Shown here in pieces: positions 53,414-61,154 of a stretch of DNA of 64,000 nt. Each line of letters starts with the position of its first letter. Position 1 is the first letter of the stretch. The notes below the pieces were generated by a model. That model saw only the letters and a program-made list of their open reading frames with translations. It did no database searches and had not been told where the DNA came from. Source of the DNA: a virus. The translations under genes and the position numbers were made by a program. Location of the stretch: positions 64,001-128,000 of IMG/VR virus record IMGVR_UViG_3300046167_000921. One strand, written 5' to 3'.

Positions 53414-54703
53414 ATGCAGAAAGCCGTGATCCTCGACACAAGTGTTCTTATCCACGACCCTCAATCAATCAGATCTTATGCCGAAGACGTAAAGGTGCTG
53501 ATACCGATTTTTGTGGTTATGGAGCTGGACATACTGAAAGATACAAGCCGAAGAGAGAAAGCTCATGTTGGTGCTCTCGCTCGAAAGGCATCTTCAATCA
53601 TTCTTACTATGATAAAGGAGGGAACACTCGAGGTCGTCTCTCATGAGGAAGAGATCAACATCAAGTCTCTAGATCGAGCTTCTCAGATTCGATATGTAGA
53701 CTTGCTCATCTTGCAAACCTCTATCTTCTTTAGTAAGAAGTACGACCTAAAGCTAGTGTCTAAGGATGTTAACTTGAGGATCATTGCTGAGTCTTACGGA
53801 ATACTCTCAGAAGACTTTACCTCCGATTCTTCGACTTCAAACATCTACGACAGTCTTGGACTCAAAGAGTTTGTTCCAGATCATGTGTTGACCTCTTCTC
53901 TGGTGAAGTCTTATTGGGAGGGTGCAGTACGTATTCCTTTTGACCTTGACTTCAAGGCCTTCCAAAACGAATACTTCTGGTTCTTAGACAATAGGCAGAA
54001 GACGCATCTCTTCCAATTTAGAGACGACACTCTTTTCCCGATACACAAATCAGAACACCGCGTGAAGCCACGGAATCTAGAGCAACGTGCGGCTCTCGAT
54101 CTTTTGATGGACTCAGAGGTAGAGTTGGTCGCCCTTCTAGGTAAAGCAGGTACGGGGAAAACATATCTCGCCCTCGCATCTGCCTTAGAGCAGACTGCTC
54201 GGTATCACCGAATATTGCTCTCTAAGCCTGTCGTCGATGTTGGTAAAGGCATAGGCTTCCTTCCAGGTTCTATGTCAGAGAAGATGGAGCCTTGGATGCA
54301 GAGCTTCTTTGATAACCTCGACCAGATTAACCCTATGTGGGACACCTCACCATTGGGGCTGGAGGCAGGCTCGAAGGAGACCTTCTTAGAAAAAAACCAA
54401 ATTGAGATACAACCGATACACTCCATAAGGGGTCGTTCTCTCAAGCAGGCTTATATGATCATAGATGAAGCTCAGAATCTCACTAAGCATGAGATCAAGT
54501 CTATAATCACCAGAGCGGCAGAAGGCACAAAGGTTGTTCTTCTTGGAGACCCTTATCAGGTTGACCACCCTTACTTGGACACAAACTCTAACGGCCTTGT
54601 CTATGTCATTGAAAAAATGAGAGGTCAGTCGATCTTTGGCTGTGTGAGTCTTCATAAGTCAGAAAGGTCAACCCTCTCCGATATTGCCGCTGATCTTTTG
54701 TAA
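53414..54703 (+). CDS. PIN-domain PhoH-family ATPase (PhoH2-like)
   Basis: PIN VILDTSVLIHDP...VSKDVNLR. PhoH GKAGTGKT, IRGRSL, IIDEAQN, LLGDPYQVD, ERS.LS. Confidence 0.92.
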   Translation: MQKAVILDTSVLIHDPQSIRSYAEDVKVLIPIFVVMELDILKDTSRREKAHVGALARKASSIILTMIKEGTLEVVSHEEEINIKSLDRASQIRYVDLLILQTSIFFSKKYDLKLVSKDVNLRIIAESYGILSEDFTSDSSTSNIYDSLGLKEFVPDHVLTSSLVKSYWEGAVRIPFDLDFKAFQNEYFWFLDNRQKTHLFQFRDDTLFPIHKSEHRVKPRNLEQRAALDLLMDSEVELVALLGKAGTGKTYLALASALEQTARYHRILLSKPVVDVGKGIGFLPGSMSEKMEPWMQSFFDNLDQINPMWDTSPLGLEAGSKETFLEKNQIEIQPIHSIRGRSLKQAYMIIDEAQNLTKHEIKSIITRAAEGTKVVLLGDPYQVDHPYLDTNSNGLVYVIEKMRGQSIFGCVSLHKSERSTLSDIAADLL

Positions 54704-54712
54704 TTTATCTAT
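54701..54712 (+). promoter_or_regulatory. Putative late promoter TAA-N6-TAT
   Basis: TAA-TTTATC-TAT, 28 nt upstream of ATG 54741. The TAA is also the phoH stop. Confidence 0.45.
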
Positions 54713-54740
54713 AATACTCTGGTTGAAAAAGGAGTATTAG

Positions 54741-55301
54741 ATGTTAAGTATGATCGAACGAATTGTGTTGAATAGGTTTCTTAATAAAAAGAAATACAAT
54801 CAGAGGTCTGTGTACGGTTTCTTGTGTAGGAAGATCTTTCTCGCTTCTCATAAAATTGTGTCGAAGAAAGAGGTTGAGGTTCTAGGTTCGTCTTTGTCTT
54901 CATATAGAGAAGGTGTGCCACAATACAACACCCCTATTAAGGTAATATCGGGGTTCGAGTCCATTGTTAAAATTACAATAGACCCAAAAGACCTTTTTAA
55001 CGTACCTTGGCTATCCAAGGAACTCAAGATCTTAGCGGTAGCTCTTACGAAGTCGGGTAAGAAGTATCTCAAGTCCTTGCCCGTGGAAGTAACTGCAGAA
55101 CTTCTCGGCTTTGAGGAACACGAGGACATTCGCGTGCCACTAGGTTACGTAGTGGATGAGGTTTTTGACGACGAAACAAGGTACGGGTTTGGGGTAACCT
55201 CCATCGGGAAGACCCCTTCGGGGAAATTGGAATTTACCCTCAAGATGAATGTGGTGACTTACCCTTCTCTAAGAAGTGAGAGTCTTTACCCTGACTTCTG
55301 A
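54741..55301 (+). CDS. Hypothetical protein with N-terminal RIVLNRF tag
   Basis: 186 aa, AAGGAG RBS. Confidence 0.65.
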   Translation: MLSMIERIVLNRFLNKKKYNQRSVYGFLCRKIFLASHKIVSKKEVEVLGSSLSSYREGVPQYNTPIKVISGFESIVKITIDPKDLFNVPWLSKELKILAVALTKSGKKYLKSLPVEVTAELLGFEEHEDIRVPLGYVVDEVFDDETRYGFGVTSIGKTPSGKLEFTLKMNVVTYPSLRSESLYPDF

Positions 55302-55485
55302 ATTGAATCGCGAGGGTTTCTCCTTCCATGTGGACATCAAAAGTCCCTTCATGCAGGAATAGCTCCTTGCCTCCTATCTTAACCGATACCTTGTTAAAAC
55401 CTTTTGCTTCAATGGGGTCTACGCCTATGAGTATGACAGGCAGAGTCTTCTCCTCATAGCTTGAGTGGATTCCCTTTGTCATCAA
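55240..55485 (-). CDS. Possible small hypothetical protein
   Basis: Fills the gap between 55301 and 55454, beta-strand-like sequence, start uncertain. Confidence 0.35.
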   Translation of the reverse strand: MMTKGIHSSYEEKTLPVILIGVDPIEAKGFNKVSVKIGGKELFLHEGTFDVHMEGETLAIQFRSQGKDSHFLEKGKSPHSS

Positions 55486-55957
55486 AGAGCCTTTCTACTT
55501 CATAAGAACCGTCTTCTCCCATTTTAACAGTCCAGAGGTCTTCTGAGGACTTGTGTATGAGGGCAGGTTGTTCAGAGGCAAAGCACATAAGAGAAGGCCC
55601 GCTTAAAACTATAAAGTGTTCATCGAGGTTAGCTACTTTCATGCTAGCGACTTTGAGGAAGTCAGAGGGTATCCTGTCAATCTTGTTGCGGTTATCGAAT
55701 CGGACAAAGATTTCACCCTCTAAGCTCGTTATCTCCCCGTCGGGGGTGTCTACTGCGACAACGGTACCCTTTGTGCCTGACGAGGGTAATTGGCTTGGTA
55801 GTATAATGCCGTTGTTTGTGTGGGCTACCACCCTAGTACCTTGTTCAAAGGAGGGCGTTGCTGTCCGTCTCTTTCTGTCCGTCAGGTCAGAGATGGTGGT
55901 CGAGAGTATAGAATCCAGACCTGAAGTCTTCGATGGGTTCGCAAATGAAATGTTCAT
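55454..55957 (-). CDS. Hypothetical protein
   Basis: Start moved to MNISFAN (AAGGAG RBS). Contains LKVASMKVAN. Confidence 0.65.
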   Translation of the reverse strand: MNISFANPSKTSGLDSILSTTISDLTDRKRRTATPSFEQGTRVVAHTNNGIILPSQLPSSGTKGTVVAVDTPDGEITSLEGEIFVRFDNRNKIDRIPSDFLKVASMKVANLDEHFIVLSGPSLMCFASEQPALIHKSSEDLWTVKMGEDGSYEVERLFDDKGNPLKL

Positions 55958-55986
55958 AACTTTTCTCCTTTTCTTACTCCCTATTA

Positions 55987-55998
55987 ATAAAGGGAATA
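55987..55998 (-). promoter_or_regulatory. Putative late promoter TAT-N6-TAT
   Basis: TAT-TCCCTT-TAT, 30 nt upstream of ATG 55957. Confidence 0.55.
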
Positions 55999-56271
55999 TT
56001 AACCAACGAAGCACAATAGGTAGTTCACACATAGAAACTGAGATCCTTTTGCGTCTAAGGGTCTATTGTCCTTGCTAATCTGTATTTCTGATCTCATATG
56101 ACAATCAGTGTCGAAGAAAATCGTGCTTCCTTCTTTTTCCTCGCACATACCCCTGACAAACCACAGGTAGTGCTTCATCTTGAGTTCTAATATCTTGTCT
56201 GTTACTTCTCCAAAGTCTGTTGACAGGTACTCTTCTATCTGCCCTTTACTTTTGAACACTATCCTATACAC
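55999..56271 (-). CDS. Hypothetical protein
   Basis: GTG start with GGAGG RBS, 90 aa. Confidence 0.6.
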   Translation of the reverse strand: MYRIVFKSKGQIEEYLSTDFGEVTDKILELKMKHYLWFVRGMCEEKEGSTIFFDTDCHMRSEIQISKDNRPLDAKGSQFLCVNYLLCFVG

Positions 56272-56346
56272 ACTTCCTCCTTTTTTTCTGTTTGGGTGCG
56301 TGTGGTTTCTTATAAGAGGGTAGAATGTCTATGATAGGAGAGTAAC

Positions 56347-57279
56347 ATGAAAAGATTATATTGGTCACATATTAGTATGGTGAGGAAATGCCCTCTAAGA
56401 TATCTTTGGTACAAAGGTCACCCCGACCACGATCTTGGTGCGGGCTTCGGTAAGCCCAAGCCTTTGGCTTTTGAGGAGAGACCTAGTGAGCATTTTAAGC
56501 TCATGGGGTCGGTCTTATCAAAGGTGGTGGAGGTTATGTATAATGATCGACTCTTAGAGAACCCAAAAGATTGCTTGTCAAAACTTACAGAGATTGCTCA
56601 AGGGGAATTTGAAGAGCTGGAGCAGACTCATCACATCATGTGGACGTATCTCACAAGGGAAGAAGCCATGAAGGTTTGTCTCGACGGCGTTCGGAACTTC
56701 TTAGAGATTGTCAAAGACCACAAGATGATCTCTAAGACCTATGCTCAGTCTGAGCTAAGTATGACACCCCAGATCAATAAAAGCCTGAAAGTATGCGGTA
56801 TCGCAGACCTTGTATACCGAGACTTAGACGGGAAACTTTGGATACTTGATGGTAAGAACGCCTCTACACCTATGAAGTATGAAGATGAAGACCAATTGAA
56901 ATGGTACGCTCTCTGTTTCAGGCTTGAGTATGGTGTTTTGCCTGATAAGCTGGGGTTCTTCTACTTTAGATATCCGAAGTCGAACCCTCCAAAGAAGAAC
57001 CCAAGCCCTAGTTCTGAGTGGACAGGGCTGGTTGAAGTTTCTTTAACTGAGGATGACATCAGGAGACTAGGTAACGAAGCAATCGAAACTCACAGGCTCA
57101 TTGAGCGGGGAGTTTTCGAGGCAAACCCTGTACCCAAAAACTGCTCTTTCTGTGACTTTGAGAATATCTGTGAAGCGAGGCAGGAGCAAAAGAAACTTAA
57201 CGCAGCTAAACGTAAGCCAAAAGAGCCGAAAGAATATGAGAATTACAAGGTGCTTACATTAGGGAGTATGAAGCTATGA
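56347..57279 (+). CDS. PD-(D/E)xK nuclease (RecB/Cas4-like) with Cys cluster
   Basis: GIADLV...WILDGK...QLKWY. Cys at N-terminus (KCP) and C-terminus (CSFCDFENIC). Confidence 0.85.
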   Translation: MKRLYWSHISMVRKCPLRYLWYKGHPDHDLGAGFGKPKPLAFEERPSEHFKLMGSVLSKVVEVMYNDRLLENPKDCLSKLTEIAQGEFEELEQTHHIMWTYLTREEAMKVCLDGVRNFLEIVKDHKMISKTYAQSELSMTPQINKSLKVCGIADLVYRDLDGKLWILDGKNASTPMKYEDEDQLKWYALCFRLEYGVLPDKLGFFYFRYPKSNPPKKNPSPSSEWTGLVEVSLTEDDIRRLGNEAIETHRLIERGVFEANPVPKNCSFCDFENICEARQEQKKLNAAKRKPKEPKEYENYKVLTLGSMKL

Positions 57280-57536
57280 ATACAGAGGCGATATTACACA
57301 AAAAGCAAGATCTTCTATCTCGTAGAGAAAGACTGCTTGGTAAACTAGAGGCGGCTAGAGAGAATCTTTCCAAGATAGATGAGAGGTTGAGGGAGAAGGG
57401 TATAGATCCAGAATCCCTTGAAGACGAAATCAATCGGCTTCGATCAGAAAACGAAGCCCAAAAAGCCAAACTGACTCAGGCACTAGAGCTTGCAGAATCG
57501 GTTATTGAAAAAATAGAAAGTAGAGTAAGAGGATGA
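57276..57536 (+). CDS. Small coiled-coil protein
   Basis: 86 aa, almost continuous heptads, coupled to both neighbours. Confidence 0.7.
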   Translation: MNTEAILHKKQDLLSRRERLLGKLEAARENLSKIDERLREKGIDPESLEDEINRLRSENEAQKAKLTQALELAESVIEKIESRVRG

Positions 57537-58738
57537 AAATATCTATATCCACCCAAGACCTAAAGTCCGCAGTCACGTTAGCTTCTAACACACTAGGCGT
57601 GGCTTCTGATATCACTAGCCACTTCGTATTTGTGAAGGATGGGAATGGGGCTAGCGTAATGTCTTGCTCTCTCCCTCGAACCTTCTCTAAAGTTCCTTTG
57701 TTAGGTGCTCAGGTAACAGGGGAGGGTTCTTTCACCGTTGAAGGTAAGAGACTAATCCAAATGTTGGGTGCTGTAACAGGAGTGGTCAACATTGAAATGG
57801 GTGACGATAAGAATGTGAAGTTCACTCTCCCTAATGGACAGCTTGCGTTGACGAGCCTAGACCCTGACTCATTTCCTTCATGGTTGTCCCGTGTAGATAC
57901 GGCTTCTCAAATGAAGGATACGAAGGTCTCCGCTTCAATCTTGTTCGACACATTCAACTCTTTGAAGAGTTATGTCTCTACAGAAGAGAGCAGGTCTGAG
58001 TTGGCTCAGTTGTATGTTGACTCAGGTAAAGCTTATGCTTGCGATGGCTTTGGGATGTCTGTCGCTCGATCTGAGAGCCTTGACGACCTGTCTTTGAAGA
58101 TCCACACTAAGGATATTTCACCACTCTTAAAGTTCCTCAAGAGTAAGGAATCGGATCAAGTAGAGATCCTCAAGGGGGATCAATCTTCTTTCTTTAAGGC
58201 AGAGGACGGAAGTCTCTTTGGCTTGATGGATATCCCTTCCAATTATCCTAAAACAATCCTCAGCTACGCGGAAGCCTTCGATTGGGTGCCTCAGAGAGTA
58301 TGGGGTGTCAAGAAGGGGAGTTTGAACACCGCGATCAAGTTCTTGAGAGCAGGTGCGGATAAGGATGATCTGAAGGTTAGCCTTACTGATGAGGGGGATA
58401 TGCTTCCCTTAAAGCTCTCAATGCGACCTAGCAACGGAAGAGGCGAGCTGAGCTACAGCTTGAGTCCCGCTTCTCTCGAAAACCCAGACCAAGCAATAGA
58501 GCTCTTCACATCACCTGATGAGAAGATGTTTGTTGAGAGGTCTCGTAAAGGAGAGACGGAGGAGTCTTTTGACTCATTCTCTTTCAACTACCAATATATG
58601 ACCCGTGCGATAGAGTCTATGTCTTCTGACAACATCTTCATCGGGTGTAACCGAGAGAACAACAAGGGCTATATGATCTTTAAGGTTCTTCAAGACTCTG
58701 GTGTAGAAACCGTAAGTGTCGTAGGTTGGATGGTCTAG
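57533..58738 (+). CDS. dnaN: DNA polymerase III beta sliding-clamp-like protein
   Basis: MKISISTQDL...GSFTVEGKRL...LTSLDPDSFP...AYACDGF...SFNYQY. About 400 aa, three-domain size. Confidence 0.75.
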   Translation: MKISISTQDLKSAVTLASNTLGVASDITSHFVFVKDGNGASVMSCSLPRTFSKVPLLGAQVTGEGSFTVEGKRLIQMLGAVTGVVNIEMGDDKNVKFTLPNGQLALTSLDPDSFPSWLSRVDTASQMKDTKVSASILFDTFNSLKSYVSTEESRSELAQLYVDSGKAYACDGFGMSVARSESLDDLSLKIHTKDISPLLKFLKSKESDQVEILKGDQSSFFKAEDGSLFGLMDIPSNYPKTILSYAEAFDWVPQRVWGVKKGSLNTAIKFLRAGADKDDLKVSLTDEGDMLPLKLSMRPSNGRGELSYSLSPASLENPDQAIELFTSPDEKMFVERSRKGETEESFDSFSFNYQYMTRAIESMSSDNIFIGCNRENNKGYMIFKVLQDSGVETVSVVGWMV

Positions 58739-59353
58739 ATGGACATCCGATCCCGACTCTCTTACCTAGAGGTGTTACACAAGAGCTCAGTCTCACGGGT
58801 GCGTTCTTTAGAGACGGAGGTCGGACTTCTTGAAGTTTCTCTTGATCTCGCTAATGAGGCGAACCTCATCCTTGACCGTCTTGCAGAAGACGAGGTTACT
58901 CAAGGTGTCTCAGCCTATGTGTGCCTCTTAGAGGAGGGGTTGAAGGCAATCTTCCCTGAGCAAGAGGTAGGTTTGCACGCAGAGGTCTTGAAGCTCAGAG
59001 GTAAGGTGTCTGTAAGACTCAAAACCAGCTTTAAAGGCGAGGATGGTATAGAAGTGGTGGGTGAGGGTCTGGATTCCTTTGGCGGTGCTGTGGCGACAAT
59101 CCAGAGCCTTCTCTTGAGGGTGTCTCTGGTCTTGAAGAGAAACCTCAGACCGCTCTTGGTACTTGATGAGACTTTCCCTTCAGTAGATGTCGGTCGGTCT
59201 GAGATCTTAGTTGGATTTCTAAAGGTTCTTTGCCAGAGACTCAATATGGACATTCTCTGTATTAGTCACGATTCTACGATTGCAGATGGTGCTGACATAG
59301 GTTACAAAGTCACTGCTTCTAAGACAGGGGCGAAGATTAAGAGAATCACATGA
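58739..59353 (+). CDS. SbcC/Rad50-like ATPase, C-terminal half only
   Basis: Short coil, signature-like SFGG, Walker B LLVLDE, D-loop FPSVD, H-loop ISHD. No Walker A. Confidence 0.85.
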   Translation: MDIRSRLSYLEVLHKSSVSRVRSLETEVGLLEVSLDLANEANLILDRLAEDEVTQGVSAYVCLLEEGLKAIFPEQEVGLHAEVLKLRGKVSVRLKTSFKGEDGIEVVGEGLDSFGGAVATIQSLLLRVSLVLKRNLRPLLVLDETFPSVDVGRSEILVGFLKVLCQRLNMDILCISHDSTIADGADIGYKVTASKTGAKIKRIT

Positions 59354-59757
59354 AGACCGCAGGTAAGATTAAGCATAAGCTCCGACAAGTTCGCCATAGG
59401 CTATTGCAGAAAGCGATACGGACGGGCTTGAGTAAGAAGCCTTGCAACTGTGACCACGCGGGTCTAGTTAGAGGGAACTCATCCGAGCCTTTGTTTCATG
59501 TGTGCCTCCTTGACTCTGACAAGCCGAGGGAGTGGGAAGGTACGATATGTGATCCTTCCGTCCCTAACACTTGTCCTTTTTTCAAAACCTTTAGAGAGAA
59601 AGATCGGATTATAGAAGAGTTCAATCGCGACTTCGATGCTTTGCTTTCTCAAAAAGATATTGGCTCCATAGCCTCTCAGTATCCAGATGTGGCGGCTCTT
59701 CTTTGGGTTCTCGCAGGGGAAGAAGATGATAGAAATACTGAAACTGAAGAAAAGTAA
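59350..59757 (+). CDS. Cys-containing hypothetical protein
   Basis: 135 aa, PCNCDH...CLL...ICD...CPFF, 4-nt overlap. Confidence 0.65.
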   Translation: MKTAGKIKHKLRQVRHRLLQKAIRTGLSKKPCNCDHAGLVRGNSSEPLFHVCLLDSDKPREWEGTICDPSVPNTCPFFKTFREKDRIIEEFNRDFDALLSQKDIGSIASQYPDVAALLWVLAGEEDDRNTETEEK

Positions 59758-60154
59758 GACACCACTTGTGTTAGAAGTTGATGTCCCGCCTCTTTGTAGG
59801 CCACTTCTGGTAGGCAACCCCTCTAAGGATTCAGTCCTTAGGTGGGTTGAAGCTCCTTCCAAGAGAGACACCGTTTTAACTTGGGGTCAAGAGTGTCCTG
59901 TAGAAGAAACGGTAGCTCGGATGGTCACTATGGTCATAGAGAGAGGTGCTAAAGAAGGTTGGGGCATAGAACAACCCTCTTTAGCTTCTGCCGTAGAAAG
60001 ACTTCGCTCTCTTGGGATAACAGAAGTGGAGTCTAAGGAGGGTCTTGTATACCCTAAAGACCCTTCTTTCTTAGGCTCTGTGATCGTCATAGGCGACCGC
60101 TCGTTTCCTGTTCTCCACAATGTGAGAAGAGGATTTTGCGTAGTTAGGTCTTAA
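59726..60154 (+). CDS. Hypothetical protein
   Basis: Start moved to MIEILK. Confidence 0.6.
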   Translation: MIEILKLKKSKTPLVLEVDVPPLCRPLLVGNPSKDSVLRWVEAPSKRDTVLTWGQECPVEETVARMVTMVIERGAKEGWGIEQPSLASAVERLRSLGITEVESKEGLVYPKDPSFLGSVIVIGDRSFPVLHNVRRGFCVVRS

Positions 60155-61080
60155 GAGTTACCGAGCTCTTTCTCGATAGCCGCCTTAACGCCCTTAGTCT
60201 CAACACTGATGATAGACTCTAGTACATCAGGCTGGTCGCCGTACATATCAATAGCGATCTTTGCCCTCTTAGACCAATGCTTTGAGGTGTCCCACTCGAT
60301 TCCATTTGGAAGCATCTTGATCTTAGAGTTGTCTTTGCCTACAGGTACGGCACCCTGTGTAGGGTTTACCTCTCCTTCGATAGCTTGAAGGATCTGTGCA
60401 TTCTCTAAGGCCTGTTCGTCGATTTCCGAATCTTTTTCGGGAGCTGGGGGAGGGGCATCCTCTAGCGAGATATCATCTTCGATGTCAACACTTGCAGTTT
60501 TGACATGGGTGACGTGTGCTTCAAGGTTCTCTAACTTCGAGATTTCGGCACTCGCTTGAGACCCATCAGAGATCACAGTTTTCTGCCTAGAAGAAGTGCT
60601 TAACTTGATAGTTGAGAGGGACTCTGCCTCTTGCATCTCAGAGATGCCGTCATTCATAGACCCTGCAACTTCTGCACCTGACTTGTTGTCTACTTTGGCG
60701 ACAGTGATGATGTCTTCGTCTTGATTTTCAATGACGACAGGGAACTTAGACCCCTTCTTTTTCTCAGGTTCTTTGAGCCTTGTGACGGGACGCTCCTCGT
60801 CATAGACATTCTCGACAGCCATTTTCTTCGTTTTAATCTCAGGCTTCGGGGGTTCAGGCTCAGGCTCTGTGTTTTCTGAAACAATTGAGAGCCAACCACG
60901 CTTTACTCCAGCTTTCAGCTCGGGCATTTCAGTCACCTGCCCGCCGAACTTGAGTGAGAAACCATCGTATTCTACGACATCGCCTTCGTAGATATTCCTC
61001 TCAAGCCTGCCCAAGTGGATAACCGAGTTCGCTCTCAGCTTAACAAAAGTGCCTCTTTTAAAAATGGTATGAGAACTCAT
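60151..61080 (-). CDS. Hypothetical protein, acidic/Pro-rich middle
   Basis: 309 aa, AAAGGAG RBS. Confidence 0.7.
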   Translation of the reverse strand: MSSHTIFKRGTFVKLRANSVIHLGRLERNIYEGDVVEYDGFSLKFGGQVTEMPELKAGVKRGWLSIVSENTEPEPEPPKPEIKTKKMAVENVYDEERPVTRLKEPEKKKGSKFPVVIENQDEDIITVAKVDNKSGAEVAGSMNDGISEMQEAESLSTIKLSTSSRQKTVISDGSQASAEISKLENLEAHVTHVKTASVDIEDDISLEDAPPPAPEKDSEIDEQALENAQILQAIEGEVNPTQGAVPVGKDNSKIKMLPNGIEWDTSKHWSKRAKIAIDMYGDQPDVLESIISVETKGVKAAIEKELGNS

Positions 61081-61089
61081 GAGTATTCT

Positions 61090-61135
61090 CCTTTATGTTG
61101 GTTTTAAGTTCTCCTTATTTATACCAACATAAAGG
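61090..61135 (-). promoter_or_regulatory. RBS-occluding hairpin with TATAAATA in the loop
   Basis: Perfect 12-bp inverted repeat CCTTTATGTTGG/CCAACATAAAGG. The downstream arm covers AAAGG of the RBS of 60151..61080. Confidence 0.6.
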
Positions 61136-61154
61136 CGAGATACCATAGTTTTTC

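Noticed and set aside
54915-54970. GGGTTCGAGTCC resembling a tRNA T-loop
   Set aside because: It lies inside CDS 54741..55301 (ISGFES), with no acceptor, D or anticodon stems
56347-57279. Cas4 as evidence of a CRISPR system
   Set aside because: There are no other cas genes or arrays, and it sits in a replication/recombination operon
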